Position numbers and translations under genes: made by a program. Positions 41,328 through 53,033 of a stretch of 64,000 nucleotides of DNA are shown here, piece after piece. The first letter of the stretch is position 1. Each line of letters begins with the position of its first letter. Origin of the DNA: an uncultured Spirochaetota bacterium. Lineage in GTDB: Bacteria; Spirochaetota; UBA4802; UBA5550. The stretch is from positions 608,001-672,000 of the forward strand of contig CAWHAA010000005.1 in the NCBI GenBank assembly GCA_963827275.1. Direction: 5' to 3'. The notes beneath the pieces were generated by a model. The model ran no database searches. It worked only from the letters and a program-made list of their open reading frames with translations, and was not told the DNA's origin.

Positions 41328-41465
41328 CCTCACCCGCGCCGCCGCGCACGCTCTCCCGTTACGCCAGACCCGGATAAGGAGAGGGTTTCCGCGATAGCGC
41401 GCTTGAAACACGCCCCCTCGCCTTTTTTCAACCCTTGACGGGAGAGGGGGCCGGGGGGTGAGGGC
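41328..41465. repeat. Degenerate REP-like inverted repeat upstream of metG
   Basis: CCTCACCC...CTCTCCC at the left pairs with GGGAGAGG...GGGTGAGG at the right. Confidence 0.55.
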
Positions 41466-41471
41466 AAATAA

Positions 41472-43423
<1,952 letters not shown>

Positions 43424-43426
43424 CGC

Positions 43427-43918
43427 ATGAAGATCGGCATCCTCTCCGACACGCATAACAACATCGAGCTGACGCAGAAGGCCGTCGATATATTCAGGGA
43501 GGCGAAGGCGGAGCTGGTCCTCCACGCGGGCGACATCACCTCGCCGAAGATGCTGGGGCTCTTCGCGGGGCTGAACGTCAGGTTCGCGCAGGGGAACGGC
43601 GACATCGACAGCGAGGCGCTGAACGCCGAGTCCGCCAGGCTCGGGTTCGGCCCGATCGAGGAGTGCACCGTCCTCACGGCCGACGGGAAAACAATCGTCC
43701 TCTTCCACGGCAACAATATCCCGCTCTTCCGCCAGTCGGTGGCCTCGGGCGAGTACGATTACGTCGTCAAGGGGCACACCCACATCTTCGAGAACTACCT
43801 GTCCGGGAACACCCGCGTCATCAACCCCGGCGCCCTCTACGGCGCGGAGGAGTTTTCCGTCGCCGTCCTCGACACCGCCACGGGAAAGGTCGAGCGGATA
43901 CGCGTGGAAGCGGACTGA
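43427..43918 (+). CDS. YfcE-like metallophosphoesterase
   Basis: SDTH, HAGD, GNGD, GHTH, INPG. Confidence 0.92.
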   Translation: MKIGILSDTHNNIELTQKAVDIFREAKAELVLHAGDITSPKMLGLFAGLNVRFAQGNGDIDSEALNAESARLGFGPIEECTVLTADGKTIVLFHGNNIPLFRQSVASGEYDYVVKGHTHIFENYLSGNTRVINPGALYGAEEFSVAVLDTATGKVERIRVEAD

Positions 43919-43948
43919 GACCGCAGCTACTACGAGAGGTACCAGGCA

Positions 43949-44536
43949 ATGAAACCGAGGAAGTCCGACACCGGCGCCGTCATGCGGAAAAAAAGCGGGG
44001 TCGTGATATACATCGACACCATCGACGACATCTTTTCCGATTTCGATCCCCGCACGATCGACGCGAGGATCCTCTCCATGGACTTCCTCAACGAGGTGCG
44101 CCTCCAGGCGCAGCAGTCAACCGACGAATCCCGGATCGACATCCACATACTCGCGCCGTCGTTCATCCGGAAGCAGGAAATATCCCGGAAGGTGGAACAG
44201 ATCACCCGGAGGCGGATACTGACGCATTTCCAGGACGAGTACCGGCGGATCAGGTCGGACCGGATGAAAACAGTGGCGCGCGCCCTGTTTTTCCTTGTCT
44301 CCGGCGTGACCTGCTTTTTCGTCATCAAGCTCGTCGGCGACGTGGGGGACCGGCACTTCTTCCTCAAGATGCTCCTGGAGCTGCTCACCTTTTTCAGCTG
44401 GTTCGCCACCTGGAGCGGCATTGACCTGTTCAGCGACCTGCCGAAGAAGCGGGACGTGCGGCTCCGCGGCAGGCTCGCCGGCGCGCAGGTGCAGTTCAGG
44501 TCCGTGAGGGACATCTCCGCGATCAGCCCGGTGTGA
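43949..44536 (+). CDS. Hypothetical membrane protein (2 TM)
   Basis: Operon position; DDIFSDFDPR motif; two C-terminal hydrophobic segments. Confidence 0.65.
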   Translation: MKPRKSDTGAVMRKKSGVVIYIDTIDDIFSDFDPRTIDARILSMDFLNEVRLQAQQSTDESRIDIHILAPSFIRKQEISRKVEQITRRRILTHFQDEYRRIRSDRMKTVARALFFLVSGVTCFFVIKLVGDVGDRHFFLKMLLELLTFFSWFATWSGIDLFSDLPKKRDVRLRGRLAGAQVQFRSVRDISAISPV

Positions 44537-44671
44537 CGGACGCGGCGCGCATATAGTCATTGACAAAAATCCCCATGCACCCAGTATGTCCGGGTATTCG
44601 ATTTATCGTTACCCCGCTGTTTCAACTCCCACACTGTTTCAGCCGGCTTATCTACAAGGAGAACATAGTAC

Positions 44672-45934
44672 ATGTCATTCGAAAAACTGCATCTCATTGC
44701 GCCCATTATGAAGGCGCTGAAAACCGAAGGCTATTCGCACCCGACGCCGATACAGGAGCGCGCCATACCGATCATACTTGAGAAAAAAGACCTGCTCGGC
44801 TGCGCCCAGACCGGGACCGGGAAAACGGCCGCCTTCGCCATCCCCCTGCTGCAGCTGCTCTACCACGAAGAGCGCGTCAGCGGCACGCCGCGCAGCATAC
44901 AGGCGCTGATACTGACCCCCACCAGGGAGCTGGCCATACAGATAGGAGAAAGCTTCACCGCCTACGGAAGGCACACGGGCATCAAGCATACCGTCATCTT
45001 CGGCGGGGTGTCGCAGAAGGCGCAGACCGACGCGCTGCGCGCGGGCGTCCACATCCTGATCGCGACCCCGGGGCGGCTGCTCGACCTCATGAACCAGGGG
45101 CACGTTGACCTCCGCCACCTCAGGCAGTTCGTGCTCGACGAGGCGGACCGGATGCTGGACATGGGCTTCATCCATGACGTAAAGAAGATCATCACGAAAA
45201 TACCGCCCAAGCGGCAGTCGCTGTTCTTCTCGGCGACGATGCCGCCCGAGATCTCGAAGCTGGCCGACACCATCCTGGTGAGGCCGGAGAAGGTCGCGGT
45301 CACCCCGGTCTCATCCACGGTGGATATCATAGACCAGTCGCTCTATTTTGTCGGCAAGAAAGACAAGAAGCAGCTCCTGGTCCACCTCCTGAAAGACCGG
45401 TCGGTCGTGTCAGCGCTGGTGTTCACGCGCACGAAGCACGGGGCCAACAAGGTGGCGGAGGACCTGCTCAAGGCCGGGATACAGGCCGAGGCGATCCACG
45501 GCAACAAGTCGCAGGGCGCGCGGCAGCGGGCGCTGGGCAACTTCAAGGCGCGGCGCACCAGGGTGCTGGTCGCGACCGACATCGCGGCGCGGGGCATCGA
45601 CATCGACGAGCTCTCGCATGTCATCAACTTCGAGATCCCCAACATACCGGAGACCTACATCCACCGCATAGGCCGCACCGGCAGGGCCGGGCTCTCCGGC
45701 ACGGCGATATCGTTCTGCGACAGCGAGGAGAAAGAATTCCTCAAGGACATAGAGAAGCTGCTCAAAAAGAACATCCCGGTGGTGGAAGACCACCCCTACC
45801 CGCTCCGCGAGACCGCGCCCGCCGCGCACCAGGCAGCGCCACAGCAGAACCGCCCGCGCGTACAGCAGGGACCATCGGCACGGAACAGCGCCGGCGGGAG
45901 CAGGCACTACGGAAGGCAGCGGTACGGCAGGTAG
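44672..45934 (+). CDS. DEAD-box RNA helicase (RhlE-like)
   Basis: PTPIQ, AQTGTGKT, PTRELA, DEAD, SAT, HRIGRTGR. Confidence 0.95.
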   Translation: MSFEKLHLIAPIMKALKTEGYSHPTPIQERAIPIILEKKDLLGCAQTGTGKTAAFAIPLLQLLYHEERVSGTPRSIQALILTPTRELAIQIGESFTAYGRHTGIKHTVIFGGVSQKAQTDALRAGVHILIATPGRLLDLMNQGHVDLRHLRQFVLDEADRMLDMGFIHDVKKIITKIPPKRQSLFFSATMPPEISKLADTILVRPEKVAVTPVSSTVDIIDQSLYFVGKKDKKQLLVHLLKDRSVVSALVFTRTKHGANKVAEDLLKAGIQAEAIHGNKSQGARQRALGNFKARRTRVLVATDIAARGIDIDELSHVINFEIPNIPETYIHRIGRTGRAGLSGTAISFCDSEEKEFLKDIEKLLKKNIPVVEDHPYPLRETAPAAHQAAPQQNRPRVQQGPSARNSAGGSRHYGRQRYGR

Positions 45935-45975
45935 AATTTAAAAATGGTCAGCGCCGTCCCCGGAGGACGGCAGAC

Positions 45976-46007
45976 AAAAAACGGCGCGGTGTTCCCGCGC
46001 CGTTTTG
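45976..46007. terminator. Bidirectional terminator
   Basis: AAAAAACGGCGCGG-loop-CCGCGCCGTTTT between convergent genes. Confidence 0.85.
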
Positions 46008-46029
46008 CATTTGCATAAAGCGATAACCA

Positions 46030-46666
46030 TTAGTCGCGTTTTCTTATGCGACGGCGGACCGCAACGGTGCCCAGCACAAGGCCCATGACGGCGATAAGGC
46101 CAAGGGCGGCGGGGCCGAACGATTTTTTGCCTGCGGCGCCGGTGGCGGCGTTCGCGCCGCACCCGGAATCATCATCATTGTCCAGCAGGGCAAGAAGGGC
46201 GACAGGACTATCAGTCGTTGTTCCCGCGCCGATAAGGCCCGTGCCGGTGAGTGTAGCAGAGTCAGGATAGTTCCCCGGTATCGACGAAGATACGGTGAAG
46301 GTAGCCGTGCTGGTAACTTCTGCGCTGGGAGTAAATACTACCTGAGCGGTACAGGTTGCCAACCTTGCGAGAGAAGTGCAATTATTCGAAATAATACTAA
46401 AAACGTTGTCGGCGTCACCGGATTCCCCCGACAGACACACCCTGAATGGTCGAACAAGGAGAAACAGCTCCTTGTGTACTGTTATTTGTTATTGTAACAG
46501 TTTGCGGGGCTGAGGGCGTTGTTGGATTCTGGTTTCCAAAATCGATGGGATCGGGAGAAATACTTAAAGAATAAATACAATCAGACGGGGCCGCATAAAC
46601 AGAAATCGGCACCAGCGCAACGACCGCGCACAGGGCCATCAGAGCTATTAGAAAGTACTTTTTCAT
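46030..46666 (-). CDS. Secreted Ig-like (choice-of-anchor D-like) protein with Cys-containing C-terminal anchor; frameshift near 46427
   Basis: Signal peptide; SISP..IDFG...QTVTITN, C...V.FTP, LTGTG; tail DDDSGCGA-TM-RRRIRKRD; the halves join by removing one G from a G5 run. Confidence 0.75.
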
Positions 46667-46742
46667 AAAAAAACACACTCCTTAATTTTTTTATATACAC
46701 TGCTTAATATTTAACTGCAACAGGAAGAGCCCTTTCATTCCA

Positions 46743-46965
46743 ATGCGTTACTTGAATAAATATTAAACAAGTGTTTAACGACATAATATAAAATGTCAAT
46801 TTTTTTATGCCCCCTATATGCCGCGCGGAATCTTTTGTTTTATACAAAAATACATGACCAAATTATAGATTTGTCATGTATGATAAAAATATAGATGCCC
46901 AGGATAATTTTAAAATAGAAAAATCCGGTGACGATATAAAAAACCGCCGGCTGGGGGCCGGCGGC
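46743..46965. repeat. Direct repeat copy 1 (terminator + promoter spacer)
   Basis: Nearly identical to 48773-48996; contains a minus-strand terminator, a TTGACA box and the palindrome TACATGAC...GTCATGTA. Confidence 0.95.
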
Positions 46966-46991
46966 GTTATGTTTACAGCATGAGATCCGGA

Positions 46992-48725
46992 TTACTCCAA
47001 TCCCAATCGTATTGAAGGCAATATATCCACGACCCAGCCCGGATTATTCAAAGACTGGTTTTCAGTGCCCAGCAAACGCCCCGGATAGCGGGTCGTGTTG
47101 CTCTCACCCTGCACGAAATTCTCTATCGCGGACGCGCCCGCGTCATGGCGAACATAGATCGCGAGGTTCTTCCCCGATGTATACCTGAACTCGGTATCAA
47201 GCGGTATGTTGACCCAATCCCCGGCCTTGAGTCCCGCAGGCACGGACACCGTGCCGGTAAAGACGGTTTTTTCATCATTCATGTTGTCCAGATATGAAGG
47301 ACCGAGCGCAAGAGTATCGAGGTCGGAATGCCCGATGACAATGCTGATGTTTCCATAAGTCTCGGCAACCGAGTCGTTTTGGAGTCGGAACCCGATGCTG
47401 TTGATGCTGCCGTAAAGCCCAAGCTCAACTGCGCGGTACAGAGGCTGGAACTGACCGGTCACGGTCCCATGGAAGGGCGGATAGAGGTTGTGGTTCCCCG
47501 ACCCTATCACGTCCGCCGTGCCACCCTTGAAGCGGAACGTGATATTATTGAGGGCACTACTCAGATCACTTGGTGTATTGACCGAGCCCACAAGCCATGA
47601 ATTCGCTCCTGCGGAACCATTCTTTACAAAAATATTTCCGTTTGGTGAAGTCACATATATTTCCACAACCAGGTTGTCAATTCCATTGTAATTAAATGCC
47701 CCGTCAAGCGGAAGCCACATATATGCCCCATCCGGAATGCCTGCCGGCACCCTGAACTTCCTGTTTGTGGCCACGGTTACCGGTGAACCTGAATTGAAAT
47801 TAGCATTCCATGACTCGGTCACCAGTTCAGTACGTGTGGTATGGCCGAGGCGTATCGTTACCGTGCATTCCCGTTCCACCGAATCAGTATGCGTGGCGAA
47901 ACCGATGCCAATGATACCGCCCGAGCCATTGATCGTGCCCGCCGGATACAAAAGTTGCAATTTTTGGTAGGCAGCATCATTGATGAACGGAGGATTATTC
48001 CCGGTTGTTCCATAGTGCAGTCTGTTGTCCCCGCCGGCGAAGTTGAATTTTACATCAGGATAGGTATACGCTGTAATACCTGTCGTCGCAGTGCTTGCGC
48101 CTGATCCGGTACCATATACCGTGAAATAATTTACTCCATCTTCTGTATGTGTCGTTAGTACTACGCCGCCTGCTGTAGGTAATACCGGATTGCGGGAAAC
48201 TTCAACGACCAGATTATCCACTCCGTTGTAATAGAACGGCTGGGTCAATTGAATAGTAAAATAATCGCACACTGTGCAATTCGGGATGGTTACGCTCTGG
48301 TTATCGAGCACTGTCGTGTAGGTTCCCTTGCCCTGTTGAACATTGCTGGCATAGGTACTGCTGAGCGTGGTCACACTCGTATGCCCCATTTTTATAGTCA
48401 CCCCGTTGAAGGTCCTATCAGCTCCAGGAGAAGCATTGTATTTAAAGGAAATTGAAGTTATCATGCCGGCCCCCTTGATGTCGCCAGCCGGAAACATCAT
48501 CATATACCGGCTTTCATCATGAGTGCCCCACATGCTTGATGCCGAGGATGCTCCCCCACCACCGATGACTTCTTTAACAAATACCCCCTGCACGGCAGGC
48601 GCACTGCCTCCGCCAAGCCCCAGGAGGGCCATAATGCCGCTATTGTCGCTCTTCACCTTGCTGCAGCCGGCCAGCATACATACCGAAAGAATTCCGATGA
48701 ACATTACGCCGAGAAACTTTTTCAT
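46992..48725 (-). CDS. Surface lipoprotein with three tandem beta-rich domains
   Basis: LAGC lipobox; three copies of LY.A..I.G.G.I.SI.F...I.L...F.YNG..NLVV. Confidence 0.82.
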   Translation of the reverse strand: MKKFLGVMFIGILSVCMLAGCSKVKSDNSGIMALLGLGGGSAPAVQGVFVKEVIGGGGASSASSMWGTHDESRYMMMFPAGDIKGAGMITSISFKYNASPGADRTFNGVTIKMGHTSVTTLSSTYASNVQQGKGTYTTVLDNQSVTIPNCTVCDYFTIQLTQPFYYNGVDNLVVEVSRNPVLPTAGGVVLTTHTEDGVNYFTVYGTGSGASTATTGITAYTYPDVKFNFAGGDNRLHYGTTGNNPPFINDAAYQKLQLLYPAGTINGSGGIIGIGFATHTDSVERECTVTIRLGHTTRTELVTESWNANFNSGSPVTVATNRKFRVPAGIPDGAYMWLPLDGAFNYNGIDNLVVEIYVTSPNGNIFVKNGSAGANSWLVGSVNTPSDLSSALNNITFRFKGGTADVIGSGNHNLYPPFHGTVTGQFQPLYRAVELGLYGSINSIGFRLQNDSVAETYGNISIVIGHSDLDTLALGPSYLDNMNDEKTVFTGTVSVPAGLKAGDWVNIPLDTEFRYTSGKNLAIYVRHDAGASAIENFVQGESNTTRYPGRLLGTENQSLNNPGWVVDILPSIRLGLE

Positions 48726-48772
48726 ATACTCTCCTTTATATTAACTGTTATGGGAAGAGCCTCAAAATTTTG

Positions 48773-48996
48773 ATGCGTTACTTGAATAAAATCTTAAACA
48801 AGTGTTTAACGACATAATATAAAATGTCAATTTTTTTATGCCCCCTATATGCCGCGCGGAATCTTTTGTTTTATACAAAAATACATGACCAAATTATAGA
48901 TTTGTCATGTATGATAAAAACATAGATGCCCAGGATAATTTTAAAATAGAAAAATCCTGTGACAAAATAAAAAACCACCGGCGGGGGGCCGGCGGC
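48773..48996. repeat. Direct repeat copy 2 (terminator + promoter spacer)
   Basis: Nearly identical to 46743-46965, offset by 2030 bp. Confidence 0.95.
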
Positions 48997-49023
48997 TGTT
49001 AACGAAACAATAAACAAGATGGG

Positions 49024-50739
49024 TTATCTTGAAATTTTAAACTTCATATTAAACTTATAATCCTGCGGTGTTCCCACGGTAGCATTCCCCGGAACGCCAG
49101 CCGCCATTTGACCCGGATATCTCGTTGCATTCGATGATGATACTATGCAACTATGGCTTGGGATAGCCGGAAATGTGGTCGCCGTGGTACCCAGCCAGAC
49201 AGCAAGATTACTAGTACCATTATAGATAAACGGTTGTGTCAGCGGGATTTCGATCCAGTCACCCTGTACAAGACCGGCAGGCATTGAAAAGAAACCGTTA
49301 AGCGCAATCAACTGGTCATTAAAGTTACCAGCAGCAGGGTCCGCCACCAGAGGATCCGCGCTGCTGTGTCCAATAATAACCCGATAATTGTTATAGGTTG
49401 TCGCAGTTGATGATGGACTGTTCAAGCGGCAGGCAATAGAAGTAATGGTGCCGGCCGAGCCCAGCTCCGTGGCACGGTACAGGGTTAACCTGCCTTCTGC
49501 ATTTGTGGAAAATGGCATGCTGGTTGACGAACCACTGGCAGTTATAACGTCCATGGTGCCGCCGGCGAAGCGGAGTACCGGTTCAAATGCGCGCTGTCGA
49601 ATGGTACCGGTAGGACTTAATGGATTTGTTGAAGATACAACACGATATGGTATAATATTATTGTATTGAAGCAAGTAACTACCCGAATCGACAATACATG
49701 TTATATCTATCAACAGATTACTTGTTCCGTCATAAAAAAAACGACTTTTATTAAAAGGTATCCAGACAGTTGACGGTTGTTCAGCAGGCACAGTGTATGC
49801 GATATCCTGTGCTACGATAACCGGGGCATTATCGCCATAATTATCAGTAAATGTGGTAACAAGACCCGTTGTGGAAACAGGAACATGAGCAACACTTACA
49901 GTCATATTTGAAACAACAGTTAAAGCAGTAACACTGTACGGATGCAAAGCCAAGCCCGTAATCAATCCGCTGCCATTAATATCAGATGCCAAGATAAGCA
50001 TCTGAGTACGTCCAGTTGTACCAGGTGCCAATGTAAGGCCATTTGGTCCAGTTTTATCAGAACAAATCACATTATTTGTCCCGCCCGCGAACTTGAACTT
50101 CACATGATGCGGGCTCTGGCTGGTTTGTGTCGCCGTATCAGGCGTGGCGCTGCTTGTGCTGTACACCCTGCCGGTATACGGGACCGCCCCGGCGCCGGTT
50201 GTGAGCCGGACCCCGCCGGTGCAGGCCGACGTCCGGGTGATATCGACCACGAGATTGTCCACCCCGTTGTAATTGAACCGGGTATCGAGCGGTATTTCAA
50301 AATATTCCCCCGCGGCGCCCGCGGGGATGCTCACCGCCCTGTCCAGGACCGTCACGGCAGAGCCCTTGCCCTGGTTGACGTTCGAGGTCATATCCGTATT
50401 GAGCGCGGGAACAGAAGAATGCCCGAGCCTGATGGTGACGCGCGGACAGGAGAGCGCCTGGCTGTTTTCATAGTACCGGAAGTAGATGGACGCGATATTG
50501 CCGGACCCGGCGATGTCCGCAGGCAGGTACAGGAACTGGTAGTGGCGGAACTCCTCCCCGTTGAACGGGCCCAGGATGGAGCTGGTCGGGTTGCTCAGCG
50601 CGACCGTCTTGATAAAATTCGGCCCGCCGGAGAGGCCGAGCAGGGCCAGCATGGAATTGTCTTCTTTTTCCCTGTTGCAGACGGTCAGTGCGAGCAACGA
50701 AACAATCAATGTGAATAATGCCATATATAGCTTTTTCAT
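49024..50739 (-). CDS. Surface lipoprotein, three-domain paralogue of 46992..48725
   Basis: LTVC lipobox; same triple domain with F.FAGG-type junctions. Confidence 0.82.
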   Translation of the reverse strand: MKKLYMALFTLIVSLLALTVCNREKEDNSMLALLGLSGGPNFIKTVALSNPTSSILGPFNGEEFRHYQFLYLPADIAGSGNIASIYFRYYENSQALSCPRVTIRLGHSSVPALNTDMTSNVNQGKGSAVTVLDRAVSIPAGAAGEYFEIPLDTRFNYNGVDNLVVDITRTSACTGGVRLTTGAGAVPYTGRVYSTSSATPDTATQTSQSPHHVKFKFAGGTNNVICSDKTGPNGLTLAPGTTGRTQMLILASDINGSGLITGLALHPYSVTALTVVSNMTVSVAHVPVSTTGLVTTFTDNYGDNAPVIVAQDIAYTVPAEQPSTVWIPFNKSRFFYDGTSNLLIDITCIVDSGSYLLQYNNIIPYRVVSSTNPLSPTGTIRQRAFEPVLRFAGGTMDVITASGSSTSMPFSTNAEGRLTLYRATELGSAGTITSIACRLNSPSSTATTYNNYRVIIGHSSADPLVADPAAGNFNDQLIALNGFFSMPAGLVQGDWIEIPLTQPFIYNGTSNLAVWLGTTATTFPAIPSHSCIVSSSNATRYPGQMAAGVPGNATVGTPQDYKFNMKFKISR

Positions 50740-50875
50740 GACCTTCCCCCATGTTGATGCGCATATGCCCACCGCGGGTCAGCGACCGCGGCTGTTATGT
50801 AGCCGGTTTGGATTTTTGTAATCTTGACATGATATTCATTTTCGTCAACACTTTACTGGCGGGGCAGTGGGTTTG

Positions 50876-50997
50876 TTTACTCTGACCCCCCGGTTTCCTG
50901 CGTTGCTTACTCTGACCCCAGTGCTTTTCCTGCGAGCCGGCGATAGTTATCGGTAGATTCCGAACTCTGACACCGTATTATTGTTTACTCTGACCCC
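50876..50997 (-). repeat. Cluster of A and B motifs in reverse orientation
   Basis: TTACTCTGACCCC at 50877, 50907 and 50985; variant at 50963; CGATAGTTATCGGT at 50941-50954. Confidence 0.88.
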
Positions 50998-51223
50998 CTT
51001 GTTTTCATAATAATTTATTTTTTATATACATAAAATGATAAAAAATAATATTTTACTGGACTCTTCCATAGAAAATCGCTATTATTAGTGGTTTGGGTAG
51101 AATGGGTTGCATTATTAGAAGGTAACAATATAAAAGAACAAACGCTCTAATGATGCGAGCTATGTTCCTGTGCAATCGGGCCCTTATTGTGCGGTACAAG
51201 TCGCATCATAGCAATGTGTTGTA

Positions 51224-53014
51224 ATGAAAAAAATTATAAAGCCACTATCGAAGACCTTCGTGATCTGCCTGGCAGCGATAACTATCCATGCTGCGGCAGC
51301 TTCCGCTTCTCCCCTGCATGATGAGAGTGGCATCATGCCCGAGCACAGCGCGGAATATGTACGCACGCAAAGCAGGAACGCCAGCACTGATGCTGACGCG
51401 GTTTTTTACAACCCGGCCGGTTTGGCTTTCCTGCTCAATGGCGGGATATACCTCATGCTCAACGTCATGAATGAATACCGCCAGCACGATACGTCCGCCA
51501 CCCTGTGGGGCCTGCAGGGCGTTGACGCGTATACTCCGGCAACCGCGCCAGGCCGCTACCTTGACAGGGGAACGTATTCCACCCGGTCCATGACGACCAT
51601 GCCCTCCGACATGGCATTCATTTACAAAAGGACCAACTGGGCCGTCTTCTCTTATTTCTCGCTCCTGAACCACATCCCCGGCCAGAACAGCTCACGGGGC
51701 CTGTCCTCGCTGGACCGTTCTACCGTCGCCTTCAACGCGGTCATGGCCTCGCGGCTGTCGCAGCAGCTGGGCCACATCGCCAGCAGCAGCTACCTGAGCA
51801 GGAGCCAGACGGACCTGGGCGTTACGGTCGGCGGGACGTTCGCGCCCCTCGACTGGTTCTCGCTGTCGCTGGCCGCCAGGTACCTCTACATGAGCTCAAG
51901 CACCGTGCTCGCACACGCGCCACTCGACGTCGGCTACTCGGGCGGGATATCGGGAAACGCCTACCAGGTGCCGACCTACATCGATACGGACCTCTCGGGC
52001 CACGGGGCCGGCATCATCGCGGGGCTCGACGTCAGGCCCCGTGAAGAAATCAACATCGGCCTGCGGCTCGAATACTATCCGCCGATGGCGGCGAAAAAGA
52101 CGACCGAACGCTTCATCGCCAACCCGGTCGTGGCGCAAACGGGGGAGCTGAACATATTCTGCGACAGCGTCTGGCCGCTGCTGCTCAATGACCGCGCCGG
52201 CAGCATGGGGCAGGTGCTTAACTTCCTGCTGATGGACCAACGGGCGCTCAAGAACATCGGCAACAGGGTCGCGGTGACCTATCCCGCATCTTTATCGCTC
52301 GGATTCTCCTACCTGGCCGCGGGCGCCGTGAAGCTGTCCACGTCCGTCGATATCACCTTTCCCCGCGCCCGGGACCTTGACGGCCGGGAGCGCGACTGGA
52401 ACATCGCCGGGTACCGACTGGGCCAGAGCGTTGAATGGATCATCAACAAGTGGGTCGACGTCAGCGCCGGCTATTCATACCACGATTACGGGATAAAAGC
52501 TGCCAGGAGAACGGAGTACAACACCCTCCTGCCGAGCCATACCGTGGGCGGCGGCTTCACCATGAAGGTGCTTGACTTCATGAACCTGACTGCGGGCGGC
52601 TCATACAGCTTTGAAACTCCCTCTCGCACCGGCAGCCTGGAGCTGATACGCTCGACCCTCATGGGCGACCAGTTCGCCTACGGCATGGCGCAATCAGGGC
52701 GGCACACGGGCAGCTCGTGGCGCATCTCGCTGGGCGTTTCCTTCTCGATCTTCCCGGTATCGGCGGAACACATACGGAGGGCGGAGGAGCATTACTGGAA
52801 AGGAATGTCTAATTATCTGTCCGATGACATCGATTCCGCCATCGACGAGTTCAAGGCGGCAAAGTTCAACAACCTGTACTACCGGGACGTTGACAGGAAG
52901 ATCCGGGACCTCACGGAATTAAAACAACTGATTGGCAGGAACAAACAGCAACAGGAAGAAGACAAGAATGATGCCGAGAGAAAAAACAGCAAAAGGAACA
53001 GGGGCACCGAATAG
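51224..53014 (+). CDS. FadL-like outer-membrane barrel with C-terminal TPR-like extension
   Basis: Signal peptide; SAEYVRTQSRNASTDADAVFYNPAGL; beta strands to ISLGVSFSIF; then HYWKGMSNY...AIDEFKAA. Confidence 0.72.
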   Translation: MKKIIKPLSKTFVICLAAITIHAAAASASPLHDESGIMPEHSAEYVRTQSRNASTDADAVFYNPAGLAFLLNGGIYLMLNVMNEYRQHDTSATLWGLQGVDAYTPATAPGRYLDRGTYSTRSMTTMPSDMAFIYKRTNWAVFSYFSLLNHIPGQNSSRGLSSLDRSTVAFNAVMASRLSQQLGHIASSSYLSRSQTDLGVTVGGTFAPLDWFSLSLAARYLYMSSSTVLAHAPLDVGYSGGISGNAYQVPTYIDTDLSGHGAGIIAGLDVRPREEINIGLRLEYYPPMAAKKTTERFIANPVVAQTGELNIFCDSVWPLLLNDRAGSMGQVLNFLLMDQRALKNIGNRVAVTYPASLSLGFSYLAAGAVKLSTSVDITFPRARDLDGRERDWNIAGYRLGQSVEWIINKWVDVSAGYSYHDYGIKAARRTEYNTLLPSHTVGGGFTMKVLDFMNLTAGGSYSFETPSRTGSLELIRSTLMGDQFAYGMAQSGRHTGSSWRISLGVSFSIFPVSAEHIRRAEEHYWKGMSNYLSDDIDSAIDEFKAAKFNNLYYRDVDRKIRDLTELKQLIGRNKQQQEEDKNDAERKNSKRNRGTE

Positions 53015-53033
53015 CATACCGGGAGGTCTGGTT

